Positions 1 through 12,719 of a stretch of DNA of 64,000 nt are shown here, piece after piece. Every line of letters begins with the position of its first letter. Position 1 is the stretch's first letter. The notes beneath the pieces are model-generated. The model worked only from the letters and a program-made list of their open reading frames with translations. It was not told the DNA's origin and did no database searches. The stretch lies in the NCBI RefSeq assembly GCF_006345805.1, contig NC_043003.1:14074001-14138000 (forward strand). Direction: 5' to 3'. The position numbers were made by a program, and so were the translations under genes. Source of the stretch: Octopus sinensis (taxonomy: Eukaryota).

Positions 1-129
1 GTTTGTCCCTCAGTCATACTTTACCCTTTCACCACCTGGCATAAAGCCATCTTCCCCACTCTCAAAAACTCTTCACCCCTCAGTTGTGAAGCCTTTTTCT
101 TTCTCTCGTGCTCTTATTCTGTGAAGTGA

Positions 130-420
130 GTTGCTTGGCAACCACACTAGAGCTGGTGACATGAAAAAAAAAAGCACTCGGATCACATTGTGAAGTTGTT
201 GGTATCAGAACGGGCATCCAATCGCAGGGACCATGCCAAATGTGACTCCGGAGCTCTACACCTTGCTGGACCCCTGTGTAACCCTTCGACTATGTTGGGA
301 AGGAAAACAAACACTAAATGATGCTGCAGCTACTGCTGCTGATGATGATGATGGTGGCGATGGTGATGATGATGATGATGATGATGACGATGATGACAAT
401 GGTGATGGTGATGGAAAAAA
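130..420 (+). mobile_element. Decayed SINE-like repeat with (GAT)n tail (family D)
   Basis: TGTGAAGTTGTTGGTATCAGAACGGGCATCCAATCGCAGGGACCATGCC resembles the AAGTGGTTGGCGTTAGGAAGGGCATCCAGCTGTAGAAAC core seen in many other copies; ends in GAT repeats. Confidence 0.65.
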
Positions 421-1819
421 TGAAATCAGAAAATTCGAAATCTTATTTCCCAGTATAAGACAAATTCCGAACAGAATCCTAGCGGAAGCTATCCTAACAT
501 CAGACAAGATAAATCGCAGCATCCCTGGACCCTTTATACACAACATGCTGTTCACAACACATAACACGTAACCCCCGCAAGTAGGGATGTGGGAGAAAAA
601 TCAATTGAATACAAACAAGCCCGGCTATAAATCTCTAACAGGTGCAAACGTTTTTTTCTTTTTGTTGTTTTTTTTGTAATAATATGTATAATATTTTCTA
701 GGAGGCTGCACCAAATCGTTAACAAAGAAAACAGTTTTTAACTTACATGATGCATGCACAGAGAATTGATTTCTTTTTTTTTTTTCTTTTTTACGGAAAA
801 AGTGCGATATAATTTGGACGGATATCTGCGCGTTGTATGTCCACACGGTTAAAAGAGGTAAAAAGTTTTCTTCTTCAGTAATGCGAATAAAGAAAACCGT
901 GCTTCATTTTAAGTTTACCGTTATTGATACACACATAAAAACACCAGAGTAGGTGTAGATAAAACTTGATACCACATTGACAGCTGGCTTTCTCTAAGAG
1001 AACGCGTCTGCAATTACCTCAATGCAACAGAGAGAGAGAGAGAGAAAGCACACACGGACACGCGCACACATGCTCACTGAATCAGGTATCTTAGAACTAA
1101 AGCTTGCTTCTCACTGATAGGGCTTCTTGTCAGAAACAATCAACAAACAACAGATGTCAAAAAATATTCCGTTTCCTAAACAAGGGGGTGACGATGTATG
1201 ATGTATGAATTCCCACATCAGAGTCACACAGCCAAACCAGCACTAATGCGTTTAAGACAAAAGAGATGTAATTATTTTTTAAGATTAAAAAATTTTAAAA
1301 AGTACAACTTTAAAATTCTCTATTCCGACTTTTTTTTTTTAAATATTTTTTTATTATTTTACTTGTGACAATTGAATTTATTGAAAAACCTAGTTAACAA
1401 GAAGTGGGGGGGGGGGAATTTGCTATGAAACCTGAAAGAGTCAGTTTAGAACAAAAAAGCATCTTAAATATTCTTCTTTTTTTTTAAAGAAAGGAAGAAT
1501 TTTCTTAACATTATTATTATTTTATTATTATTATTATTATTATTATTAATTTTTTTTTACAGCTCCCCCACTCACCTCCTCCAAAATAATTACGTCAAAT
1601 TTTTCCATAGAAATCTAAAACAAAACAAAAAAAAACCCCGCAAAACAAACATTGTATTTCGATCATTGACTATGTATGTGTGCATGAGCACTAGTGCACA
1701 TGTGTATGCGTGTGTGCATGGGCAGTAGCATGTGTGTGTGTATGTGTGTGCATATATGTGTATTCACATAAAGTTAATGCTAACGTGTGTATGAATGTGT
1801 GTATGTGTCTGTGTGTGAA

Positions 1820-3175
1820 AGCATCCTAATATGTGTGTGTGAGTGTGTGTGCGTAAGCATGCTAATATGTGTGTAGTGTGTGTGTAAGCATGCTAATATG
1901 TGTGTATGAGTGTGTGTGTGTGTAAGCATGCTAATAGTGTGTAGTGTGTGTGTGTGTGTAAGCATGCTAATATGTGTGTATGAGTGTGTGTGCGTAAGCA
2001 TGCTAATATGTGTGTATGAGTGTGTGTGTGTGTAGCATGCTAATATGTGTGTATGAGTGTGGTGCGTAAGCATGCTAATATGTGTATATGAGTGTGTGTG
2101 TGTAGCATGCTATATGTGTGTATGAGTGTGTGTGTGTAAGCATGCTATATGTGTGTGAGTGTGTGTGTGTAAGCATGCTAATATGTGTGTAGGAGTGTGT
2201 GTGTGTAAGCATGCTAATATGTGTGTATGAGGTGTGTGCGTAAGCATGCTAATATGTGTGTATGAGTGTGTGTGTAGCATGCTAATATGTGTGTATGAGT
2301 GTGTGTGTGTAAGCATGCTAATATGTGTGTATGAGTGTTGTGTGTGTAAGCATGCAATATGTGTGTATGAGTGGTGTGTGTAAGCATGCAATATGTGTGA
2401 TGAGTGGTGTGTGTAAGCATGCTAATATGTGTGTATGAGTGGTGTGTGTAAGCATGCTAATATGTGGTATGAGTGTGTGTGCGTAAGCATGCTAATATGT
2501 GTGTATGAGTGTGTGTGTAAGCATGCTAATATGTGGTATGAGTGTGTGTGTGTAAGCATGCTAATAGTGTGTATGAGTGTGTGTGTGTAAGCATGCTAAT
2601 ATGTGTGTGTGAGTGTGTGTGTGTGTGTAAGCATGCTAATATGTGTGTATGAGTGTGTGTGCGTAAGCATGCTAATATGTGTGTATGAGTGTGTGTGTGT
2701 GTGTAAGCATGCTAATATGTGTGTATGAAGTGTGTGTGCGTAAGCATGCTAATATGGTTATGAGTGTGTGTGTGTAGCATGCTAATATGTGTGTATGAGT
2801 GTGTGTGTGTAAGCATGCTAATATGTGTGTATGAGTGTGTGTGTGTAAGCATGCTAATATGTGTGTATGAGTGTGTGTGTGTAAGCATGCTAATATTGTG
2901 TATGTGTGTGTGTGTAAGCATGCTAATATGTGTGTATGAGTGTGTGTGTAAGCATGCTAATATGTGTGTATGAGTGTGTGTGTGTAAGCATGCTAATATG
3001 TGTGTATGAGTGTGTGTGTGTAAGCATGCTAATATGTGTGTATGAGTGTGTGTGTGTAAGCATGCTAATATGTGTGTATGAGTGTGTGTGTGTAAGCATG
3101 CTAATATGTGTGTATGAGTGTGTGTGCGTAAGCATGCTAATATGTGTGTATGAGTGTGTGTGTGTAAGCATGCCT
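1820..3175. repeat. Minisatellite, ~36-bp unit TAAGCATGCTAATATGTGTGTATGAGTGTGTGTGTG, roughly 37 copies
   Basis: Direct reading; unit length varies in the GT tract; palindromic core AGCATGCT. Confidence 0.97.
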
Positions 3176-3885
3176 GAATGTATATTCATAGCAAGTGAGT
3201 ATAGTAACAAATGTGTGTGTGTGTGTGTGTGTGTGTGCAGGCGCATACATGCACACGTGCAAGCATGTGTGTTCATAGCAAGTTGATAATATTCCATGCG
3301 TTTGCACATGGGCCTTCATGTGTGTGTGTGTATTTACAGAAAGTGAGTTTTAGCAGCATATGTGTATGTGTGTATGCATGCATGTGTGCATTCTTCATAG
3401 CTAGTGATTCTTAATGTGTGTGTGTGCGTGTGAGTATTTTTGAGTCTGTTTGTGTCCTCCACCACAATTTGGCAATGAATGTTGGTGTGTTTATACCCCT
3501 GTAACTTAGAGGTTCAGCAAAAGAGACCAATAGAATAATAATACCAAGCTTTAAAAAAAAAATTAATTAATTAATTAATTACAAAGGTCTATTCCATCCA
3601 CTAAAAATTCTTCAAAATGTGCTCCAGCGTGGCCGCAGTCTAATGACTGAAACAAGCAGAAAATAAGAAGATAATGTGAGTATAAGCATGCATGCATTCA
3701 TGCGTGCAAATTCAGAGCACGTACTAATAGCAACATTGAAGCGTCATGCTGTTGCCCTCCCGTGATGTTTGTCAATTTTCCTAGTTGAAATGCGGAAAGT
3801 TTGGTTTTCCCCCAAAAATATGTTGTTTTATATATGTGTGTATATGTATATATATATATGTGTGTGTGTATGTGTGCGCACGCGC

Positions 3886-3934
<49 letters not shown>

Positions 3935-4364
3935 TAGATATATATATATACATACATACATCCATCAATACATACATACATATATATAAATATATGTATA
4001 TATTTATGTATGTATGTATGTATGTATATACATACATATAAATATATATATGTGTGTGTGGTGTGTGTGTGTGTATACACATATATATAAAACGGCATAT
4101 TTTTCTTATGTATATATATATACATATACTATTGCTACTACTAACTGTTATGGCACACAAATATTATTGATCACAATGGAGAAAACTATTAAATAGAAAA
4201 AAAGTTATTTTTTTATAACATAAATCAGATTGCTTTCATTTGTTTCTGTTTTTTTTTACAATGAAAGACTTACAAAAAAAAAGTACAAAGGAAGGAAAAG
4301 AAAGAAAAACAAAAAAATTATATATATACACTTGTGTGTATATCATTTATAATGCCTATATAAT

Positions 4365-5260
4365 TCTTTTATTCTTTTATCTGTTTCAGTCAGTTGAATG
4401 CGGCCATGCTGGAGCACAGCCTTGTAGGGTTTTAGTTGAAGAAAGTGACTTTATTTTTTTTTTAAGGCTAGTACTTATTCTATCAGTTTCTTCAGCCAGA
4501 CCGCTAAGTTACGGGGATGTAAACACACCAACATCGGTCGTCAAGTGGTGATGGGGGAACATACAAAAGCACACACACATTGATATATACCTCTTTCTCT
4601 CTCTCTCTCTATATATATATATAAATACGCACAAACATGCACATATATATACAATGGGCTTCTTTCAGTTTCCATCTACCAAATCCACTCACTAGGCTTT
4701 GGTTAACCTGAGGCTGTAGTAGAAAAGGCTGTAGTTCGGAAGCAGCCTTCTTACTACACAGCCATGCCTGCACCTATAATATATATATCCAATGATATAT
4801 AAATACATATATAAATTATACATACATGTATTTATTCTTTTATTTGTTTCAGTCATTTGACTGTGGCCATGCTTGTGCACCGCAGTTTTAGTCGAACAAA
4901 CCGACCCCAGGACTTATTCTTTGCAAGCCTAGTACTTATTCTATCAGTCTGTTTTGCCAAACTGCTAAGTTACGGGGACGTAAACACACCGACATCGGAA
5001 GTCAAGCGATGATGATACAAGATAAACACAGACACACAAGCATACACAGATACACACATATATATATGTGTATATATATATATAATATATATATATATGA
5101 GAGGCTTCTTTCAGTTTTCATCTACCAAGTCCACTCACAAGGCTTTGGTCGGCTTGAGGCTATAGCAGAAAACACTTGCCCAAGGTGCCACACTGTGGAA
5201 CTGAACCCAAGACCATGTGGTTGGTAAGCAAGCTATTTACCACACAGCCACTCCTGCGCT
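4365..5260 (-). mobile_element. Two adjacent family A SINE copies (head GGAGTGGCTGTGTGGTAAG, tail CAAGTAAAAGA), the first internally deleted
   Basis: Reverse complement of the family A sequence at 38331-38715. Confidence 0.9.
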
Positions 5261-5379
5261 TATGTATGTATTTTACATACTTATCTCATATTAATATTTA
5301 TTATAATGTCTCTCATACTCTCCACATACATATAAATACATATACATAGAGATACATATAAACACACTTACACACATAT

Positions 5380-5762
5380 TGTTGGCAATCCGTCCGTTAC
5401 GACGACGAGGGTTCCAGTTGATCCGATCAACGGAACAGCCTGCTCATGAAATTAATGTGCAAGTGGCTGAGCACTCCACAGACACACATACTCTTACCGT
5501 AGTTCTTGGGGATATTCAGCGTGTCACAGAGTGTGACAAGGCTGGCTCTTTGAATTACAGGCACAACAGAAACAGGAAGTAAGTGTGAGAGAAAGTTGTG
5601 GTGAAAGAGTACAGCAGGGTTCGCCACCCCACCCTGCTGGAGCCTCGTGGAGCTTTAGGTGTTTTCGCTCGGTAAACACCCACAACGCCCGGTCTGGGAA
5701 TTGAAACCGCAATCCTATAACCATGAGTCAGCTGCCCTAACCACTGGGCTATTGCGCCTCCA
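5380..5762 (-). mobile_element. tRNA-headed SINE, family B (OR-type)
   Basis: Reverse complement of the near full-length copy at 41752-42134. Confidence 0.9.
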
Positions 5763-6334
5763 CACACACATATATACATAGATGTACACACATATATATC
5801 TATATAACATATTTTATATTTTACAGACACAGGCACAGAAACACACACACACACTATAATTGTTATAAATTGGTTGTAATTCGCACCGTAGGCTGGTGGA
5901 CCAAAGTAACACAGAAACATTCACAAGGTCAGTCTAATTACAAATAGGTTCTACTTAGGGTCAGACTCCAGGGGGTTGCTGATTTAATAAGCCAGAAAGT
6001 CAAGCAGACACATGTTTAGAAATTCTCAGTTATTAGTATAGATATTTTGGGAATTCCTTTAACTCATGCATATTCTCTAGCAGTAAATGGTGTAAGTTTG
6101 GTATTAGACACCTCTGAGTGGCAATTTTGGTATTGGTCAAATACTTTTCCTGCAGCTGAAATCCATGTGCTTCAAATTTATGAATTTATTGAGCAAAAGC
6201 CCAAGATCCCTCCACATGAGACAGAGCAAAAGTACTCCGAGAAAGTCTTTTTGCCCTGCGTTTATATAAAACATATGTATGTATATACATACACAGAAAT
6301 AGATATTTATATCAATATATACATATCTTCTTCT

Positions 6335-6628
6335 TCTTAATCCTTTTTACCCCTTGTGGAGCATAGGTCGGTTTCCCAGTTTCCTTGGCATATAGGTTCC
6401 CCACCTGGACAGGACGCTGGTCCGTCGCATGTGAGCTGCAAGATGTAGGAGGAAAGAGTGAGAGAAAGTTGTGGCGAAAGAGTCAGCAGAAGTTTGCCAT
6501 TATCTTCTGCCAGAACCACGTGGAGCTTAGGTGTTTTGCTCATAAACACACACATCACCTGGTCTGAGATTTGAACCCACAATCCCTCGACTGCAAGTCC
6601 GAGGCTCTAACCACTAGACCATGTGCCT
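6335..6628 (-). mobile_element. tRNA-headed SINE related to family B with a different 3' half
   Basis: Minus strand GAGGCACATGGTCTAGTGGTTAGAGCCTCGGACTTGCAGTCGAGGGATTGTGGGTTCAAATCTC shows A/B boxes; shares CCACAACTTTCTCTCACTCTTT with family B. Confidence 0.8.
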
Positions 6629-7012
6629 CTATAATATATACATATAGACATAATTGTATATACATATTGTTATATTTTGGGATGGTCATTTTGTTTTCTT
6701 TTGCTTTTTGCCAAATAAACACACACACACACTATATATTTGTTCTTCACTCATTTATTATTGTTCTTGTTTTATACTATGCCCATTGTCCGGAAATGTT
6801 TTGCCACACATTTGTGACCTCTTCGATGACCTTTTCTCACCATGTGTGTCCTCCTGGATTAAGCAGCACTTGCCAACACACGAAACTCTCAGACCTTGAG
6901 TCACTTTGTTACTTCTGCTAAATATCAATAAAAATATACATATACTCATATTTTGAGTTCTATTTTCCCCATTTGTACCAACATACCTATATATATATAT
7001 ATATATATGCAC

Positions 7013-7205
7013 ACAAAATTAAGAGGAATGACTACTAAAGTGGATACCTAATATGCTAAACATAGACGTCTATCTTGCTCATTTTTACATTTTGGCGTTT
7101 TGCTGAGATTTTTCTTCAGAACACATTCTTCATGGTAATGGTGATCTGACATCTATGTTTAGCATATTAGGTGTCCACTTTAGTGGTCATTCCTCTTAAT
7201 TTTGT
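7013..7205. repeat. Inverted repeat element with ~58-bp arms; related sequence at 8420-8720 and 40825-40940
   Basis: 7013-7070 is the reverse complement of 7148-7205 with few mismatches; spacer matches 8540-8590 reversed. Confidence 0.9.
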
Positions 7206-7610
7206 ATGTAACACAATTTTTAATCTTCGGATTTTTTAAATATAGCTAGGCCACTGGTTTTAATGGATTAATATCAATTTCTGCCCTTATTATTTAATTA
7301 TATATATATATATATAATAACAATAAGATAAATGTGCCCTTTTAAAGCCTAGCCAGGCTCATGGGCCCGGTTTCTATAGCGTATGTGCTCCCCAGCTGGA
7401 GGGGCACCAGTCCATCGCAGCGTTACTCATTTTTGCCAGCTTAGTGGACTGGGGCAACGTGAAATGAAGTGTTTTCCTCAAGAACACAACACATCGCACA
7501 GTCCAGGAATCGAAACCACAATCTTAGGATCATGATGCAGACACCATATATATATATATGTGTGTGTATATATATGTGTGTATATATATATATGTGTGTA
7601 TATATATATA

Positions 7611-7651
<41 letters not shown>

Positions 7652-7893
7652 TATATATATATACATGCATATATGGGCATAGGACGACACTAACAGTGCA
7701 AATAACATGAAATACGTAGACAAAAGAGGGAAAAACAAGTGAAATATGTAAACAACAAGAAAAAATGGAAAACAGGACAAGTTAACACAGAGAAAAGACC
7801 CTTCATCAGTTGTCAGCTGTCTATCTACACCACATTTCAAACAATTAGCAACATACGTACATACATACACATAAACAAGCATATATGTGTGTG

Positions 7894-7949
<56 letters not shown>

Positions 7950-8122
7950 TACACATATACATGCATACATAGACATACATGTGTGCTTGTGTGTAATGTA
8001 GGCAACTCTATGGTTATATTCGAAAGCCTTAGCTGTGCATATTGCAGACAATGTGAAAACTTCATATTAAGTAAAAACGGCTTCTAAAGCAAACAGTAAA
8101 CTAATTGGGTATCTTCTTACAG

Positions 8123-8154
8123 AAACACTTCCAGAACAGATTCTTCCCTCATTA
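8123..8154 (+). CDS. Possible 32-nt micro-exon (xTLPEQILPSL)
   Basis: Acceptor atcttcttacAG, donor TTA|gtgagt, open in phase 1; no homology recognised. Confidence 0.15.
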
Positions 8155-8710
8155 GTGAGTTTGTGCCATTATTCTTTGGCTACCTAGTGAACTGGTAAAC
8201 TAAATTGTTATATATAAATAGCAGTCACTTATTGCAATATAACATTAATAGTATGTTAGTTAGCTATGTAATTAATATAACTAATCGGATTAGTTTAATT
8301 AATAGCATATAGGAATATATACTATTTAATTAGCTGGGGAGAGGATTGTAGTATTTGAAACTTTAAGTAATGTGAATTTGAGTCAAAATGTGTGTGTGTA
8401 TGTATGTATATATATATATATAATTAAATAAGGGTGGAAATTGACATTAATCAATTAAGACCAGTAGCTTAGCATATTTAAAAAATCTGAAGATTTAAAA
8501 TTGTGTTAGAAGTGAAATTGACATTACCACAAAGAGTGTGTTCTCAAGAAAAAATCTCAGCAAAACGCCAAAATGTAAAAATGAGCAAGACAGATGAAAA
8601 TATACGAAATAAAAAAATGATTACCTATGGACCATTCTTCATGGTAATGGCGATTTGACGTCTATGTTTACCATATCAGGTGTCCACTTTAGTGGTCATT
8701 CCTCTTAATT

Positions 8711-8741
<31 letters not shown>

Positions 8742-9070
8742 TATATACATATATTATATATATATATATCTATCTGTCCAACCCATGCTAGCATGGAAAA
8801 TGGACGTTAAACGATGATGATGATGATATATATATATATATACACATACACACACAGATATACATATACATAAATATATATATATCCGAAGGGCTTCTAT
8901 CAGTTTCTGTTTACCAAATCCACTCACAGAGCTTTGGTTGGCCCAAGGCTATAGTAGAAAACACTTAGCCAATGTATTATGTTGTAGGATTGAACCCAGA
9001 ACCCTGAGGTTAGGAAGCAAGCTTCAGACCATACAATCACCCGCACCTATAAAATAACAGACTCCATGAA

Positions 9071-9142
9071 GCCTCCAGTGAGAATGGAACTTGCAAACCC
9101 TGGTTTAGAAGATCAGTGCTCTTACCGTTGAGCTATGGAGGT
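9071..9142 (-). pseudogene. Decayed tRNA, tRNA-Thr(TGT)-like body with anticodon reading TCT
   Basis: Minus strand ACCTCCATAGCTCAACGGTAAGAGCACTGATCTTCTAAACCAGGGTTTGCAAGTTCCATTCTCACTGGAGGC folds as a 72-nt cloverleaf with mismatches in the anticodon and T stems. Confidence 0.8.
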
Positions 9143-10159
9143 TCACACTCACACACACATGCAAACATAATCCTATGTCTCATATCTTAGGCAGCAAAAA
9201 AATTTCAATATGTACACACATAACATTAAACTCCACAACCACTGTATTTATTCCATAACCTCAAAAGCAAAATAAATGCTATTTACCAGGAAGTAGGAAC
9301 CTTAGAAATAGACACAGAAAAATGTCTTTTAATGTATTTTCGAAAACAATGTTCGTCCATTGTTTTTATTCTATTTTATTTATATATTTCAAGTTTGAGG
9401 AAGAGGGAAAAGTTCCAACATACCCCTCATAAGTAGAGTATAGTGCTGCGGGGATATGGCTATAAGAAACCATGTCTATTCTATTTAAGAATTCTGCAAG
9501 AATACCTGAAGAATTCGTCAAGATTAAGGTGTTGAATTTTCTTGAAAGACTCCGTCAAAATTTCATATCTAATTGCTATGTATGCAAAACTCAGCTCTGT
9601 TAAAAGTTGCTGAAAATCTATTTTTACTTAGTATGAAAATCAAGGAATTTAAAAATGCCAGATTCAAGCACCCAACATCTGACAATAATAGCCAAACCTA
9701 CATTTTACTGGAGAAATGTAACAAATACATGTAAAAATGGCAAAACAAAAAGAAACACAAAAACAAACATAACAAAGTAGCCAAGAAAACACAGTATATT
9801 AAATTCATACAAATCCAAAACACACACATACACACACACACACACATATATATATATAAATAAAATTTTCAAGCACTTGATCTCCATCACATTTCTGGCA
9901 TTGTACCCATATTAGAATTATTATTATTATTATGCAAGTGGGTTTATTGAAAGGTGGGTGAAAGTTGCGAAAATGGCAAGATTGGATGGTACTTCTCTAA
10001 GTGTGGACCTGTGAGTCGGAGAGAAGGAATTGGAGAAGATACTTGCTCTTGGGGTTTCAGGGAAATCTCGGACAGTGGGGTTCCTCGATTATCCCCAGAG
10101 GCTTTCCTGCATCAGGAGGGCCACATCTCTATCATTCTCCCTGCCACTTTTTTTGTTTT

Positions 10160-10445
10160 TAACTTTTGGCTATCAAGCAATGGTGGTGGTGGGGGGGGGG
10201 AGACAAACACAGACACAAAGACACACATAAATATATACACATATGTATATGTACGTATATATATATATATATATACATATACACACGTGACAAGTTTCTC
10301 TCAGTTTCCGTTACCAAATCCACTCACAAAGCATTGGTCAGCACGAGGCTATAGTAGAAGACACTTGCCCATGGTGCCCTGCAGTAGGACTGAACCCAGA
10401 ACCATGTGGTTAGGAAGCAAGCTTCTTACCAAACAGCCATGCTTG
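10160..10445 (-). mobile_element. Family A SINE 5' half inserted into a GC-richer unclassified sequence (about 9950-10900)
   Basis: Match to family A; flanks are less AT-rich than background. Confidence 0.8.
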
Positions 10446-10914
10446 CATCATGGGGGAATCAGTGAGCCATCCCACCTTGTAGGGCTGCAGTTGTCCTGAT
10501 TTTGCAGAGGAAATCAACAGTATGGGGTTCAGGAACGTGTGAGATCTCAACAGCAACTAGTATACATTGATAGCAGCCTGTCAGGCCCCTGTAGTTATTT
10601 ATTTTCTCACCTCTACATTATGAGCAGCAACACTCAGGTTTGTGCCCAATGCAGAAAAGTTGGAGTCAGAGAACGTGTCACTGCCCATTATGTCCCAGAG
10701 TAGGGATGTACCCCACCTCAAATATGAAGAGAGTTAAGCCATCAGAGAGTTACTGTCCCTAGTCGCATCAAGGCCACTTTTAATTACATCACGCAGAGCA
10801 GCATGTCAGGGGAAGCAGTCCACACAATGGCTGCAGGCCTGGTGACCAAAGTTACTGGTCTAACTGGCCCAAGTTGAGATGGAATGCCTGTTGCATCAAG
10901 GGCCCATTTAATTA

Positions 10915-11150
10915 CTTATTTCTTTATTGCCCACAAGGGGCTATACATAGAGGGGACAAACAAGGACAGACAAAGGGATTGAGTCGATTACAACGACCCC
11001 AGTGTGTAACTGGTACTTGATTTATTGAGCCCAAAAGGATGAAAGGCAAAGTCGACCTCGGTGGAATTTGAACTCAGAACGTAACGGCAGACAAAATACT
11101 GGTAAGCATTTCGTCCGGTGTTCTAACGTTTCTGCCATCTCGCCGCCTTA
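10915..11150 (-). mobile_element. Family C SINE (head GGCGGCGAGCTGGCAGAAACGTTAG)
   Basis: Matches copies at 15124-15325, 26650-26880, 33345-33570; flanked by GCCCATTTAATTA / GCCCCTTTAATTA, a possible TSD. Confidence 0.9.
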
Positions 11151-12658
11151 AATAAATTTAAGCCCCTTTAATTAAGTCTTTCAGAACAGCATATCAGGGG
11201 AAGCAGTCCACAGTATGGCTGCAGGCCTGGTGACCAAAGTTTCTGGTCTAATTACTAAATAGAATTTGTAAGCGTTGTAACATTATCATAGTCTTATAAT
11301 ACCATTTGTGTTATAAGTTTACTGCAAACAGCATTGTGTTTTAGCTAGTCTTATCATAATCAATACTCATCCAATTACACTATGACTGATATATATACAT
11401 ATATATACATACATACATACATACATACATGCATGTATGTATATATATAAACATTTTCTATCATATAATGATATATATTTTTTCCCAGCAGATATCTCTT
11501 TGCATCTTTAATCTTATTCTTTCCTTATTAAACAATCTAAATATATTAAATCCACTCATGACTTGCAGCAATATGTATCTTAAGATCAGAGATTAGCAAG
11601 AAAACGGTGGTGCTGTATGCAACATAAATTTCACAAGAGGAAAGAGAGAACTTCCATTTATCTACCTGCTTTCTCTGAATGAAATATTCAGTTATAGGGG
11701 GAGGTTAAAAAGTAAAAAAAAAAAAAAAAAATACAGAAAAAACTCCAATGGAATCATAGGTATAGCAAAAGGTAGGTTCAAGTTATTATTGATCCAAAAG
11801 ATTAGTATTTCAATTGAGACTAGTATTGAATAGACTCAGTCTACAGAGCTGAAATTAAGTTCGCAGCCAATATAGAATTATGCTGCAAGATAACTACTTC
11901 GGTAATTTTGGAATATCCAAACTTTCCGGCATCCAATCAAAACATATTAGCAGTGAAATGCAATCATTTTTTTTTTATCTTTCTCTCATCTTTTTAATTT
12001 GTTTTTAGTTTTTTCTTTTGGACTGCGACCATACTGGGGCATCACCTTGAAGGGGGTTAGTCAAAGAAACGCACCCCGTACTTATCCTTAATGGTAACTT
12101 TTTGCCGAACAACTAAGTTACATGGATGTAAACAAACTAATACCAGTTGCCAAGTGATGGTGGGTGTGTGTGTATGTTAGGGGGATAGATAAAAACACAA
12201 GATACACTGCTGTAATCTAGTGTGTTGGTGATGTTGTTGTTTAGCCTCAGGTCAGTCCTGATCCAGACAGACCTATGATCAAAGACGTTCCAGCTGTGAC
12301 CATCCCATCTTTCATTCAGGCATAGTGTATCTAGGACTACATTATGTAATGTATAGTAGTTAGTATTAGTGGCTATAGTAGTTGTTGTTTTTTGTCTTTC
12401 TCCTCTTACAGTCATTGAGACTTTGGCCATGCTGGGGCAGCACCTTGAAAAATTTCCAGTTGGCCGATAGATATATACATATTTTTGATTTTGATTTTCC
12501 AGTTTCAGCTAATGAGCTGTGGCCATGCTGGGGCACCACCATTAAATGTATATAAATATACATATATATGTATATAAATTTAAATTTTTTTCTTAGTGGT
12601 CATACCATATGGGGTCTACATTTAGCGTATAGGATGTTCACATAGTGGTCATCTATGT

Positions 12659-12719
<61 letters not shown>

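Noticed and set aside
233-571. Poly-Asp ORF
   Set aside because: The acidic run is the (GAT)n tail of a SINE
1820-3175. CRISPR-like regular array
   Set aside because: No unique spacers; the units are all alike; eukaryotic context
1780-3319. His/Thr-rich ORFs (HTHSYTHISMLT repeats)
   Set aside because: Translation of the 36-bp satellite; frames break at unit indels
7795-7825. CTGATGA on the minus strand in a pLTR-like repeat
   Set aside because: No GAAA or stem III in the required position
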